Shown here: positions 42,037-54,554 of the stretch, piece by piece
Layout of the letters: each line of letters begins with the position of its first letter
Numbering within the stretch: the first letter of the stretch is position 1
Assembly (NCBI GenBank): GCA_040403415.1
Contig: JBBAKU010000005.1
Span: 49,398-113,397 of the forward strand
DNA: 64,000 nucleotides
Reading direction: 5' to 3'
Source: Aquirufa sp.
GTDB taxonomy: Bacteria; Bacteroidota; Bacteroidia; Cytophagales; Spirosomataceae
Translations under genes and position numbers: made by a program
The notes under the pieces: generated by a model
The model's input: the letters and a program-made list of their open reading frames with translations, nothing else
Told to the model about the DNA's origin: nothing
The model's database searches: none

Positions 42037-42050
42037 AGGGTAAAGGTAGT

Positions 42051-42380
42051 TTATTCTGCCTTTAAAAGTTCAAAATAGCTCACAACAAATTTGTCTCCTT
42101 TCAAGCTGCCCTGCACTTTGGCTTTTCGCACCGCCATACAAAAACCCTTTTCGTCATGAGCGTCACCGTGATCGTCCAGTCCCGTCCCCTCTACCGCATA
42201 CGCCTTGCCTTCGAACTTTACTGCGAGAAAGCAGCCCTTTCCTGGCATCTCGAAATTACAGGATCCACACGAGCATTCTAGGACCAAAACAGGTTTAGAC
42301 GCGTCTAGTTTACCAGCAGGTTTGGTTTGTGCGGCCGCTACGAAGGAAGCCAGAACAAAGAATAAAAGGAGCTTTTTCAT
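42051..42380 (-). CDS. DUF6370-like secreted Cys/His protein
   Basis: Signal peptide; SCGSCNF..GC.LAV, DDHGDAH..GFC. Confidence 0.7.
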   Translation of the reverse strand: MKKLLLFFVLASFVAAAQTKPAGKLDASKPVLVLECSCGSCNFEMPGKGCFLAVKFEGKAYAVEGTGLDDHGDAHDEKGFCMAVRKAKVQGSLKGDKFVVSYFELLKAE

Positions 42381-42474
42381 CTTGTAAAGAAAACCATTTC
42401 TCGCATAATATCCATCATTCATCTCTACATTCGACCGTCAGGCAGAAAAAATGCCCCCTTCGTTTAAATGAATG

Positions 42475-42482
42475 TACCTTTG
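42475..42482 (+). promoter_or_regulatory. -7 element TACCTTTG
   Basis: TAnnTTTG 31 nt upstream of ATG 42514, which supports that start. Confidence 0.6.
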
Positions 42483-42513
42483 TGATACGATTATATTGAA
42501 ATCAATCCACCTA

Positions 42514-45120
42514 ATGAGAAAATTACTTACTTCAGCGCTATTCGCGCTTATTTCCCTTGCTACTTTTGCCCAAGTACCAGGCGGTCCACCCGCAGGAGCT
42601 GGCGCCCGCGGACCGGGAGCTAATTTAAATCAAGGCCACGTCTTTGGAAAAGTCGTAGACGAAACGGGAAAACCGGTTGAATTTGCCTCGGTTGTATTAT
42701 TGAAAACAACAGTAGATCCGGCGACCAAACAAGCGAAAGACATCCTAGTCAAAGCCCAAACAGCCGAACTGAATGGCGACTTTAACTTCAAAGAAATTCC
42801 AGTGAACGCGCGGTTAAAAATCAAAATCTCCTTCGTAGGCTACAAAAATTACGAAGCGGCTGTGGCCTTCGAAATGCCTAAAATGGAACCAGCAGTTCAG
42901 CCCGATATGGCGAAAATGATGGCGGCGTTTGAGAAGGATCTAGGCAATATCAAATTAGCGCAAGAATCGAGAGTATTAGAGAATGTCGTAGTGACAGGGA
43001 CGAAGTCTTTGGTCGAAATGGACATCGATAAAAAATCCTTTAATGTAGCGCAAAACCTAGTAACGACTGGGGGAACCGCGATTGATGTGATGCGTAATAT
43101 TCCATCCGTTCAAGTGGATATCGACGGAAATGTGAAAGTGCGAAATGCGAATCCGACCTTGTTTATCGATGGTCGTCCTACAAGTCTTTCGATGGATCAA
43201 ATCCCGGCTGACATCATCGAGAAAGTGGAAGTAATCACGAATCCTTCTGCGAAATACGACGCCTCTGGAAGTATGGCGGGTATCATCAACATCGTGTTGA
43301 AGAAGAACAAAAAGAATGGTTATAATGGAATGGTGAACGTGGGAGCGGATCGTTTTGGCGGATCGAACATCATGGGAAATTTTACCTATCAGCAAAATAA
43401 ATGGAACTTGACGGCAACCTTGATGAATATGCGCGTGCGCAATAATTCCATCGGAAATAGCATCCGTACGAGTAATTTAGGTGGGATTATTTCGTCAGTT
43501 AGCCAAGAATCAGATAGCAAAATGCAAGGCATGATGTTGTTTCCGCGTGTCTCAGCGGATTATGCGGCAAGCAATCGGACGACGTTGACTTTGGGCGCTT
43601 TCTTTGGTGGAGGTGGTCAATTTAAACCGACAGAGGACACGTATATTTCGAGTTCTGTGAATGGGCTGACTACCTTGAGTCACCGCGTTTCTGAGAGCTC
43701 CCGCGAGTTTAAACCGGCTGGATTCCAAGCAGGATTCAAACATACTTACCCGAAAGCGGGAAGAGAGTTAACAGGGGATTTGAACTACTTTGGCGGAACA
43801 AATAAAGGTGATGGTACGTTTACGACAGATTATGTAAAGAATAATGCCATCACAGGGACACAAATTCAGAAGAACTTAGGCACTGGAACAAACGCCTTTA
43901 TGACCGTTCAATTAGATTATGTAACACCGATTAAAAATGAGGGTACAATCGAAACGGGATTACGTGCGCAGATCAATGATTTAGCAAATGAAAACACGAA
44001 TACCTTAAAACCAGTCGGTTCAGATGTCTACAAGACCATCACGTCTGCTTCTACGAACTACGAGAGTACAAACAAGGTCTACGCGGCTTATTTCTCTATC
44101 TCCGGAAAGGCGAGTAAAACACTTTCCTACAAAATCGGATTACGTGGCGAGAGCTCAGAATACGAGGGGAAATTGTTGAATACAAACCAAACGTTTAGCA
44201 ATAAATACCCGCTCAGCTTGTTCCCATCTATCTTCTTGAAGAAAGAATTATCGAAGACAGATCAGTTGCAATTAAGCATCACCCGACGTGTAAATCGTCC
44301 TAATTTCTTCCAAATCATTCCCTTTGTGGATTACAGCGACAGCTTGAATATTCAACGTGGAAATGCGGATTTGGTACCGGAATTCACAACATCTGGGGAA
44401 CTTTCCTACAGCAAAACACAAGGCGCAGCGACCTTCTTGGTTTCTGGTTATTATAAATACACAGACAATTTGATTACGCGCTATTTGAAACAAGAGACGA
44501 ATCCGATTAGTGGTAAATTAGATTTGATTAACACATTTGTGAACGCGAATTCGAGCATTAACTATGGTTTAGAGTTTACTTACACGAACAAGTTGCAGAC
44601 GTGGTGGGATTTGACGGCGAACGTGAATATGTATAATTCCGAAATCAATATCTCGAACATCGATGCGACGCAGGTGAACGATCCGCTTTGGTCGGTTTTT
44701 GGGAAGTTGAATAACACGTTTATTTTGCCCAAAAAATGGAGCATCCAGCTTTCTGGCGATTACCAAGGCAAGACGAATGTGCCAGTTACGCAGAACCAAG
44801 GAATGCAAGGCCCTCCAGGTATGCAGACCCAAAGTTCATCGCAAGGGTATATTGAGCCCTTCTTTGGCATCGATTTAGCGATCAAAAAGTCGTTCTTAAA
44901 AAATGATATGGCTTCCTTGACCTTAGCCTTTAATGATCTAACCCGTTCACGAGGAAACACCCGCGTTTCATTCGGGGAGGGATTCTCGCAGACCTCTTAC
45001 CGCTTATCGAACCCGCAAATGGTTCGTCTAACGTTCTCGCTTCGTTTCGGTAAATTCGACATGAGCCAACTGAAAAAGAACAATTCCGGTGGCGGAATGG
45101 ACTCGATACAGATGCAATAG
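42514..45120 (+). CDS. TonB-dependent receptor / outer-membrane beta-barrel
   Basis: Signal peptide, IDKKSF, VEVITNPSAKYDA..AGIINIVLKK, RRVNRP, GNADLVPE. Confidence 0.9.
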   Translation: MRKLLTSALFALISLATFAQVPGGPPAGAGARGPGANLNQGHVFGKVVDETGKPVEFASVVLLKTTVDPATKQAKDILVKAQTAELNGDFNFKEIPVNARLKIKISFVGYKNYEAAVAFEMPKMEPAVQPDMAKMMAAFEKDLGNIKLAQESRVLENVVVTGTKSLVEMDIDKKSFNVAQNLVTTGGTAIDVMRNIPSVQVDIDGNVKVRNANPTLFIDGRPTSLSMDQIPADIIEKVEVITNPSAKYDASGSMAGIINIVLKKNKKNGYNGMVNVGADRFGGSNIMGNFTYQQNKWNLTATLMNMRVRNNSIGNSIRTSNLGGIISSVSQESDSKMQGMMLFPRVSADYAASNRTTLTLGAFFGGGGQFKPTEDTYISSSVNGLTTLSHRVSESSREFKPAGFQAGFKHTYPKAGRELTGDLNYFGGTNKGDGTFTTDYVKNNAITGTQIQKNLGTGTNAFMTVQLDYVTPIKNEGTIETGLRAQINDLANENTNTLKPVGSDVYKTITSASTNYESTNKVYAAYFSISGKASKTLSYKIGLRGESSEYEGKLLNTNQTFSNKYPLSLFPSIFLKKELSKTDQLQLSITRRVNRPNFFQIIPFVDYSDSLNIQRGNADLVPEFTTSGELSYSKTQGAATFLVSGYYKYTDNLITRYLKQETNPISGKLDLINTFVNANSSINYGLEFTYTNKLQTWWDLTANVNMYNSEINISNIDATQVNDPLWSVFGKLNNTFILPKKWSIQLSGDYQGKTNVPVTQNQGMQGPPGMQTQSSSQGYIEPFFGIDLAIKKSFLKNDMASLTLAFNDLTRSRGNTRVSFGEGFSQTSYRLSNPQMVRLTFSLRFGKFDMSQLKKNNSGGGMDSIQMQ

Positions 45121-45127
45121 AAAAACG

Positions 45128-45157
45128 AAAGGCCCGAAAATATCGGGCCTTTTTTTA
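45128..45157. terminator. Bidirectional intrinsic terminator
   Basis: AAAGGCCCGA-AAATA-TCGGGCCTTT followed by a T-run, between convergent genes. Confidence 0.85.
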
Positions 45158-45161
45158 TTAA

Positions 45162-46067
45162 CTAAACTGGAAAATTTAATCGCTCATTCACTTTAGCGGC
45201 AATTTCCGCTTTTAAGCGGTTTAAAATGTTCCATTTCGCGTAAGGTCGATAATATGCCAAACTCACTTCACGCGTCAATGTCCCATCCGTTAACTCAATC
45301 AAATAGGATTTTCTAACTTCACTCATTTGGCCTACATACAACGCAGGCAACACCGTTAAACCACTGAATTCATCCACCAGATTTAATAGCGTATCAAACG
45401 TGTTCGATTCCACCGATAAATTAGACGGCAAGGACTTGTTCTTCTTCAAATCACACAGCTGAATGATTTGATCCCGAAGGCAGTGCCCTTCTTGCAGTAG
45501 AAACATCCGTTGTTTCGCTAATTCAGATTTTGCAATGGAACGACTTCCTGATGGCAAATGCCCATAAACACACAAATCTTCCACATACAAAAGCTCCGTT
45601 TCCACCTCCGTCGAGGCGATGGGTGTACTTAAAATACCTACATCTAATTTCCCCTCCCGTAAATCCTTGATCAGCTGATTCGTCGTCACTTCGTATACTT
45701 CCAATTGCAAAAGCGGGTATTTTTCCACCAAATGCTTCAAAATCAGCGGCAACATCGAGCTCGCAATCGTAGGAATGACGCCCATTTTAACGCGTCCCTC
45801 TACTTTTTGGTTAATCGCCTTAGAGGAAGATAAAAGTGCATTGGCATGCGCCACCACTTGCTGAGCCTGAATTAAAATTTCGCGGCCATTTTCGGTGGTC
45901 GCGATGGGATTCGCCTTACGGTCAAAAATCACGATATCCAGCTGCTCTTCTAGCTTTTTCACCATCGCGCTCAAGGTCGCTTGCGTAACATGACAATAAT
46001 CAGCTGCTTTCGAGAAGCTTTTAAATTGATCAACTGCTAGTATGTATTCTAATTGCTGTATATTCAC
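45162..46067 (-). CDS. oxyR: OxyR, H2O2-sensing LysR regulator
   Basis: LysR HTH; GHCLRDQIIQLC redox Cys pair; divergent from katG; GTG start. Confidence 0.9.
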   Translation of the reverse strand: MNIQQLEYILAVDQFKSFSKAADYCHVTQATLSAMVKKLEEQLDIVIFDRKANPIATTENGREILIQAQQVVAHANALLSSSKAINQKVEGRVKMGVIPTIASSMLPLILKHLVEKYPLLQLEVYEVTTNQLIKDLREGKLDVGILSTPIASTEVETELLYVEDLCVYGHLPSGSRSIAKSELAKQRMFLLQEGHCLRDQIIQLCDLKKNKSLPSNLSVESNTFDTLLNLVDEFSGLTVLPALYVGQMSEVRKSYLIELTDGTLTREVSLAYYRPYAKWNILNRLKAEIAAKVNERLNFPV

Positions 46068-46071
46068 TGTT

Positions 46072-46117
46072 ATAGATTTTATCTATGTCAAATATAGAAA
46101 ATTTCAGTTTTCTCTAT
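46072..46117. promoter_or_regulatory. OxyR binding site
   Basis: ATAG-N7-CTAT-N7-ATAG-N7-CAGT (46072-46108) plus an extra CTAT at 46114-46117. Confidence 0.8.
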
Positions 46118-46148
46118 CCATTTTTTGCCACTAATTTCACTCCACTAA

Positions 46149-48476
<2,328 letters not shown>

Positions 48477-48490
48477 GTTGAGTTTAAGGA

Positions 48491-48530
48491 ATGAAAAAAG
48501 CCGGATCTCGTTGAGGTCCGGCTTTTTCAT
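48491..48530. terminator. Bidirectional intrinsic terminator
   Basis: AAAAAGCCGGATCTC-GTT-GAGGTCCGGCTTTTT between convergent genes. Confidence 0.85.
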
Positions 48531-49931
48531 TTACTTTAATTTCATATTCACTGGATCCCACTGAATGATTTTCTTCTGGAAGTAACTTTCATTACAAGCT
48601 AAAGCAGGCGCCGCCGCTCTAAATCCAAAAGTCGCATCTTCTACGACAGACGTCCCGTTGCGAATCGCATCAAAGAAGTGTGTGAAGTGATCCACATGCT
48701 CATCATATCCTGCAGGCGCTCTGAAAATCACGTCCTCTTTCGTAGGACGTTTACGTTGTGCCTCTGTCCATTTTGCGTTGTAATCGCGGGTCATTTCTTC
48801 CTGCATGCTCTTAGGGAGCGTAAACACAGAATCATATCCGCCAAAGCCCGGAGCTTCTGGCATAATGCTGTGCTTCACCGAAATCGTGTTTCCTTTTACA
48901 TCCATTACTCCTTCTGAACCGATCAAACGAATCACCTCTTGGCCACCCGTTCCGCTGACAAAATTGACTTGCAAGGTTAATTGGAAAGCTGGGTGCTCCG
49001 CCGTATTGCCATATTGCATGACACCTGACATCACATCTGGTAAGTTTCGGCCGTCGTTCCAGTGGCTAAATTGCCCGGTAGAGAAGATCGTTTCTGGTCC
49101 ATTCGAGTTTGTCATAAAGTGGGTTCCAGACAATAAGTGGATGAATAAATCGCCCGCTACGCCGGTTCCTACTTCTTTAAAGGCACGCCACCAGAAGAAT
49201 TTCTTCGCATCGAATTCCATTTTCGCGGTTGCCTCGATGAAGCGATTCCAATCGCAGGTCGAAGCATCTGCATCTTTAGGGATGGTATACTGCCAAGCGC
49301 CGATGGAGCTTTGGCGATCGTAGACCGCGTTCACCATATTTAATTTACCGATCTCGCCAGCCGCTAACATTTCTTTCGCTTTCGCTAAGCCGATGCTGCT
49401 CACGCGCTGAGATCCTACTTGTAGGACTTTGCCGTATTTCTTTTGAGCTGCAATCACCTTAGGGCCTTCGTCGATTTTATACACCATCGGTTTTTCGATG
49501 TAGACGTGTTTGCCTTTTGCCAAAGCGTCGATCGTAATGCGTGCGTGCCACACATCGTGTGTTGCGATGATCACTGCATCGATGTCCGAACGGTCTAATA
49601 ATTCTTTGTAATTGCGCGTTGTATACAAGTCTTTGCCGTACAATTCCTTCGCGTTTTCAATGCGACCTGTATATAAATCACAGATTCCAGCTAATTCCAC
49701 CCCTGGCACTTTAAGCGCCGAGGCTAAATCGAAATGCCCTTGAACCCCAAAACCAATCACCCCCAAGCGAATCTTTTCGCCCACCGAGATGCGTTTTTCG
49801 TAGGTCAGAATACGTTCTTCCGCTTTTTGTTGTGCGCCTAGAGAAGCAAAAGGCGAAGAGGCCGCCACGAGGCTCGTGGCGCCAATTTGTTGTAAAAACT
49901 TCCGTCTAGAAGCTTGACTATCTTTGTTCAT
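48531..49931 (-). CDS. Gfo/Idh/MocA oxidoreductase with Tat signal
   Basis: SRRKFL, IGFGVQG, DAVIIAT.D.WH, GKHVYIEKP, QVGSQR. Confidence 0.92.
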   Translation of the reverse strand: MNKDSQASRRKFLQQIGATSLVAASSPFASLGAQQKAEERILTYEKRISVGEKIRLGVIGFGVQGHFDLASALKVPGVELAGICDLYTGRIENAKELYGKDLYTTRNYKELLDRSDIDAVIIATHDVWHARITIDALAKGKHVYIEKPMVYKIDEGPKVIAAQKKYGKVLQVGSQRVSSIGLAKAKEMLAAGEIGKLNMVNAVYDRQSSIGAWQYTIPKDADASTCDWNRFIEATAKMEFDAKKFFWWRAFKEVGTGVAGDLFIHLLSGTHFMTNSNGPETIFSTGQFSHWNDGRNLPDVMSGVMQYGNTAEHPAFQLTLQVNFVSGTGGQEVIRLIGSEGVMDVKGNTISVKHSIMPEAPGFGGYDSVFTLPKSMQEEMTRDYNAKWTEAQRKRPTKEDVIFRAPAGYDEHVDHFTHFFDAIRNGTSVVEDATFGFRAAAPALACNESYFQKKIIQWDPVNMKLK

Positions 49932-49964
49932 ATTAACTAGGTTTTTTGTGAATTTACTCCCTTT

Positions 49965-50882
49965 TTACAAATCTTCCAAAGCATAACGCACATAGGCAAA
50001 CTTCTGGCCATCTGGGCTCCAGGAAGGCACATTAATCGTTCCTTGTCCGCCATAAAAAGCGTCTGTTAAATCTTTCACTGCTTTCGTTTTTAAATCCAAC
50101 AAGCGTAGTTTTACCTGATGTCCAAAGGGGTGGGCCTGCTTTTGGTCCTCCATATAGGTAATAATCGTCGCCACTTGATTGTTAGGCGCTATGTGTGCAA
50201 ACCAGTTCGAATGTGCATCAAAGGTCATCTGTTCCGGCTCAGATCCGTCTGGTTTCATCCGCCAAATCTGCATCATCCCAGACCGATAGGAGTTAATGTA
50301 AATGTGTTTCCCATCTGGCGCATATTCCGGGCCGTCATCTAAACTTTCGTTTGTCGTTAACCGAATCTCTTCCCCACCATTAGTGGACATGGCGTAGATA
50401 TCAAAGTTGCCATTTCTGGAGGCGCAATACACCATCGTCTTCATGTCCGGCGAAACACCGTGCCAATAAGAGGGGGTCAAAGGCGTAAGCTGAACCGGCT
50501 CTCCGCCTTCAGCGCCTACTTTGTAAATAAAGGACGACCCTCCTTTAATTTCTGGCTTCCCGCTCGAAATAAACAAGGTTTTGCCATCAAAAGAATAGCC
50601 GTGATCGTTGTTTGACTTAGCCACAGAACCCGTATTAAGTTCGCCTAATTTTTCGCCTTTCGGGCTGATTTTCTCCAACTTACCGTAGGCATTAATCAGT
50701 AGAAATTTACCGTCGCGCGACCAGTTAGGCGCTTCAAAATGGCGCTTTTCTGTGAGGATTAATTCCGATTTACCAGAGGCTAAATCGTAAACATAAAGAG
50801 AGGAAATAACTTTTTTCCCGGCTGGGATCTGCGCAGAAAGGGGCAGGCTGAATCCCAGCAAAAGGATCGCTATTTTTTTCAT
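49965..50882 (-). CDS. TolB-like (PD40) beta-propeller protein
   Basis: EAPNWSRDG, NNDHG.S.DG, SYWHG.SPD, DGPEYAPDG, GGQGTINVPSWSPDG. Confidence 0.88.
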   Translation of the reverse strand: MKKIAILLLGFSLPLSAQIPAGKKVISSLYVYDLASGKSELILTEKRHFEAPNWSRDGKFLLINAYGKLEKISPKGEKLGELNTGSVAKSNNDHGYSFDGKTLFISSGKPEIKGGSSFIYKVGAEGGEPVQLTPLTPSYWHGVSPDMKTMVYCASRNGNFDIYAMSTNGGEEIRLTTNESLDDGPEYAPDGKHIYINSYRSGMMQIWRMKPDGSEPEQMTFDAHSNWFAHIAPNNQVATIITYMEDQKQAHPFGHQVKLRLLDLKTKAVKDLTDAFYGGQGTINVPSWSPDGQKFAYVRYALEDL

Positions 50883-50918
50883 GTTTCATCGGTTTAGAAA
50901 CATAAGTTAGAAAAATAA

Positions 50919-51269
50919 TTAGCTATTCATATCCTGACCGAAATGAATGATATTCCCACTGTTATCTAGAATGCTGAATTGGCGCATGCCCCAGGCCATC
51001 GTTTGAAGCTTTCCACTGGGGTGCACAATTCCAAGTACTTCGCATTCTTTGTATAAAGCGTCAATCTCATCCACATACACGTAACATCCCGTATTCTTCG
51101 GGATGCTCTCGTCATCGCAACACCACAAATGAATGTTGATTTCGTCGCGCGAAAACATTAAATAGCCATCCCATTTGGCATTACTTATAAAACCCAAACT
51201 CTCATAGAAAGCAACCGTTGCGTCGCGATCTAAATAGGCTAGAATGGGGGTCGCTTTTAATAGGGGCAT
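50919..51269 (-). CDS. VOC/bleomycin-resistance family protein
   Basis: FYESLGF, CYVYVDEIDALY, WGMRQFSILDNSGN. Confidence 0.88.
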   Translation of the reverse strand: MPLLKATPILAYLDRDATVAFYESLGFISNAKWDGYLMFSRDEINIHLWCCDDESIPKNTGCYVYVDEIDALYKECEVLGIVHPSGKLQTMAWGMRQFSILDNSGNIIHFGQDMNS

Positions 51270-51322
51270 AGGGTATATTTTTGACTAATTTACGGTAGAT
51301 TTGTTCCTTATCAAAAATCGAT

Positions 51323-51892
51323 ATGGAAATCATCCTCTTAGGTTTTGGCTGGATAGTGTATTTTTTTATCCATAGTTTCCTGGCTTCTAACGGGGTAAAA
51401 TCAAGCGTTGAAAAATGGATTCCTGCCCTATTCGCCTATTACAGAATTAGCTATAATTTAATCGCCGTCGCGGGTTTAATCCCTCTTTTATGTGGAAGCG
51501 TCTTCCTCCCAGATCCTCTATTATTTGCGTCTGCTTGGCTAGTTCCGCTGGGGATTTTTCTGCTAATCACGGGGCTGTTGCTCTTGTATCTAGCGTTTAA
51601 AGCTTTTGACGGGGCTGAATTTTTAGGCCTTAAGAAAGAGACGAAACCGGAATTAGTGTTTACTGGGATGTATCAATACGTGAGACATCCGCTGTATTTT
51701 GCCACCATTGTCTTAATTCTGGGCCTATTTCTACTCGTTCCCACCCAAAAAATGTTGCTAGTCCTACTGATTTCCTATGGCTATATCCTGATAGGATACC
51801 GCTTAGAGGAGAGAAAACTGGTGGAAGTTTTTGGCGATAAATACCTGGACTACCAAAAAAGGGTAAAAGCGATTATCCCCCGTCTCTATTAA
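51323..51892 (+). CDS. Isoprenylcysteine carboxyl methyltransferase family membrane protein (nurim/MddA-like)
   Basis: IHSFLAS, YRISYN, GMYQYVRHPLY, LEERKL..FG..Y.DYQKRV..IIP. Confidence 0.82.
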   Translation: MEIILLGFGWIVYFFIHSFLASNGVKSSVEKWIPALFAYYRISYNLIAVAGLIPLLCGSVFLPDPLLFASAWLVPLGIFLLITGLLLLYLAFKAFDGAEFLGLKKETKPELVFTGMYQYVRHPLYFATIVLILGLFLLVPTQKMLLVLLISYGYILIGYRLEERKLVEVFGDKYLDYQKRVKAIIPRLY

Positions 51893-52395
51893 AGCAGCAA
51901 CAATACAATCGTTAAAATCGCCCCAGCCAGCGTAAATAACATCGCTTTTTTAAAGATGCTCGTCTTAGGCAAGAACATCCAGAAGGATGAAATCACGAAG
52001 AAAAGCAGGGATAGTCCGAAAAAGATGTTTAGGTAGAACAAGGGGTCATTCGTGGTGGCTTTATGCAATTTCGTCATCTTATTCACGATGGCCGGTTGCT
52101 CAGAAACCGTATAATCTGCCACACCCGTTTTCAGGTTATAGGTGCCTTGTTTAAAGGCAACCACATCGCCTAAGGTTGTGTCCGGTTTTAAGCCGCGCAG
52201 ATGTAGCTCTTTCCCTAATTCCTCGCTCGACAGACCTGGTTTCAAGGTTTGAACCTTGCGCACGTCGCTCTTTAAAAAGCTCGTTTCTCTAAAGATTAAG
52301 ATGATTCCGCTGATGGAATAAACCGCCATAATGCCGGCTAAAAAGAAGCCTAAATAACGGTGGTAGGTACGCATTTTAGTGGACAATTGACTCAT
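51889..52395 (-). CDS. PepSY-associated TM helix protein
   Basis: RTYHRYLGFF..SG, KLHKA, SSFWMF. Confidence 0.75.
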   Translation of the reverse strand: MSQLSTKMRTYHRYLGFFLAGIMAVYSISGIILIFRETSFLKSDVRKVQTLKPGLSSEELGKELHLRGLKPDTTLGDVVAFKQGTYNLKTGVADYTVSEQPAIVNKMTKLHKATTNDPLFYLNIFFGLSLLFFVISSFWMFLPKTSIFKKAMLFTLAGAILTIVLLLL

Positions 52396-52407
52396 ATTAT
52401 TTTTATA

Positions 52408-54549
52408 TTAAACAAACTCTATTTCCAGCGGCAACTTGCGCAAACGCTTCTTCGTCAAAGCAAAGATCGCGTTGCCTAAAGCCGGCGCAAACGGCGGCAA
52501 ACCAGGTTCGCCTACCCCTTTGATTTTAGCCCCCTCGGTAATGATTTCTACAATCACTTCCGGAGCCTCGCTCATGCGCGTCACCGGCGTGGTATCGAAA
52601 TTCTTTTGCTCCACTACCCCGTTTTTCAAGGTGATGGCCGGATGAATCGCTGCACTTAAAGCCATTAAAACGGCACCTTCTACTTGTGCTTTCACGTTAT
52701 CTGGATTCACGACTGTTCCTAAATCGATGACCACGTATACTTTGTCTAAGGACACCGCTCCGTTTTTCGCCAAACTTACTTCGACCGCTTGTGCCGAAAG
52801 TCCCGCAAAAAAGTCCCATTGCGCCACGCCGCGCGCTTTACCTGCCGGCAGCGGTTTGTCCCAGTTTGTGATCTCGCGTAATTTTTTCAACACGCGCTTG
52901 GTATCGGTATTGGTCGATTGCAAATCGATGCGGAAATCTAGCGGATCTTTTTTGGCCTTGTGCGCTAACTCATCAATGAAACATTCGTGTGCAAATGCCA
53001 AAGTCGAACTAGTCACGGAACGCCAAGCCGCCATAGGGACGTGGTAATCCGCAAACACGAAGCTATTCTTCATATTCGGGATGTCGTATTCCTGGGCACT
53101 AATACCTTCGGTCATCATACTATCCAGCTTCGTTTTATCCCAATTAGGCATCGCGCTATCCATAAAACCGGGGCTGATGACCTTGTGTTGGAAAGAAACT
53201 AACTGATTTTTTTCAGACAAACCGCCGATCATTTTAGAGAAAGTCATGGGACGGAAAGGCCCCTGCGTCGTCGTGTCTTCACGAGACCAAATCACTTTCA
53301 CCGGGCTATCCACCTGCTTCGCTACATTAATCGCTTCCACGATGTAATCGAAGTATAATCTTCTGCCAAAGCCTCCGCCAATAAACCCTGCGTGCAGCGT
53401 AATGTCTTCTGGATTAATACCCAAAACCGCCGGCATACTTCCCATCATTCCCGGTCCTGTCACTGAAACAGGCACCTGAGTCGATGTCCAAATCTCTACC
53501 TTTTTACCTTTTACGTGCACCGTGCAGTTCATCGGTTCCAACGGATGATGCGCCACCATGGGCGTCTCATAAAAGGATTCGACCACCTGATTTACCGGAA
53601 TGTCGACTGATCCTTTTTGCTTATCTAAAATGCCCTCCTCTTTCGACAGCGCACGTAATTTGTTCTCGTAATCGCTGGAATTGAATGTATCAAAACCTTT
53701 CGTATCCCAGTCTATTTTCAAGGCTTTTCTCCCTTGAATCGCAGCCCAATAGGTCTTCGCGATGACCGCCACTCCTGTGGAGCTATATTTCCCAATCACG
53801 CGTTCAGCCGAAACTACTTTCACCACACCTGGAACTTTCAGTGCAGCAGTGGCGTCGAACGTTTTCAGCGTACCGCCTATGACAGGGCATCTTTCCACGC
53901 TGGAATATAGCATTCCTGGAACATCTGCATCGATACCGAATTCAGCCTTTCCTGTTACTTTTAATGGGATATCTGGGCGTTTTACGGATTTGCCGAGCAT
54001 TTTGAAGTCTTTCGGATCCTTTAATTTAGGCTCTTTCGGGATCTCTAAAAGAGACGCGGCCTCCGCTAATTCTTCGTATTTCAAAGAGCGATTCGAGGCA
54101 GCGTGTATGACTTTTCCTTCTTTTGCTGTGCAAGATTCTGGGCTAACTCCCCAGGTTTGACTCGCGGCTTTGACTAGCATTTCTTTTGCGGATGCGCCTA
54201 TCTTGCGGTAAGTCAAATAGCCCTCGCGAACGGTTGAACTTCCGCCGGCCCATTGGCCTGCACCGAATTCTTTCTCTCCGCTGGTGTTCTTGATCGTGAT
54301 TTGGTCTAAAGACACTTCCAACTCTTCCGCAATCATCGAGGCAACGGCCTGATAAGAACCCTGTCCCATTTCTGGATTAGGGTTAAAAATGGTGATGCCG
54401 GCGGCGTCAATTTTAATGAAAGGCGTTAGGGATTTTGCCGTGGAAATGACCGCTGTGCTTTCCGCTTTTACGTAGGACAATCCTAACCAAAACGTTAGTC
54501 CCGTTGCCCCTGCTTTTTTGATGAAACTTCTTCTAGATTCGAGTGACAT
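52408..54549 (-). CDS. iorB: Xanthine dehydrogenase family molybdopterin subunit (IorB-like), Tat signal
   Basis: SRRSFIK, EMGQG, GGSS, LEPMNC, GGGFGRR, WRSV, GVGEPG. Confidence 0.9.
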   Translation of the reverse strand: MSLESRRSFIKKAGATGLTFWLGLSYVKAESTAVISTAKSLTPFIKIDAAGITIFNPNPEMGQGSYQAVASMIAEELEVSLDQITIKNTSGEKEFGAGQWAGGSSTVREGYLTYRKIGASAKEMLVKAASQTWGVSPESCTAKEGKVIHAASNRSLKYEELAEAASLLEIPKEPKLKDPKDFKMLGKSVKRPDIPLKVTGKAEFGIDADVPGMLYSSVERCPVIGGTLKTFDATAALKVPGVVKVVSAERVIGKYSSTGVAVIAKTYWAAIQGRKALKIDWDTKGFDTFNSSDYENKLRALSKEEGILDKQKGSVDIPVNQVVESFYETPMVAHHPLEPMNCTVHVKGKKVEIWTSTQVPVSVTGPGMMGSMPAVLGINPEDITLHAGFIGGGFGRRLYFDYIVEAINVAKQVDSPVKVIWSREDTTTQGPFRPMTFSKMIGGLSEKNQLVSFQHKVISPGFMDSAMPNWDKTKLDSMMTEGISAQEYDIPNMKNSFVFADYHVPMAAWRSVTSSTLAFAHECFIDELAHKAKKDPLDFRIDLQSTNTDTKRVLKKLREITNWDKPLPAGKARGVAQWDFFAGLSAQAVEVSLAKNGAVSLDKVYVVIDLGTVVNPDNVKAQVEGAVLMALSAAIHPAITLKNGVVEQKNFDTTPVTRMSEAPEVIVEIITEGAKIKGVGEPGLPPFAPALGNAIFALTKKRLRKLPLEIEFV

Positions 54550-54554
54550 AAGGC

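Noticed and set aside
42400-42470. Possible LytTR-type direct repeats (ATTCATC/TTCGACC/TTCGTTT) upstream of the TonB-dependent receptor
   Set aside because: Too degenerate, and no cognate regulator in the window
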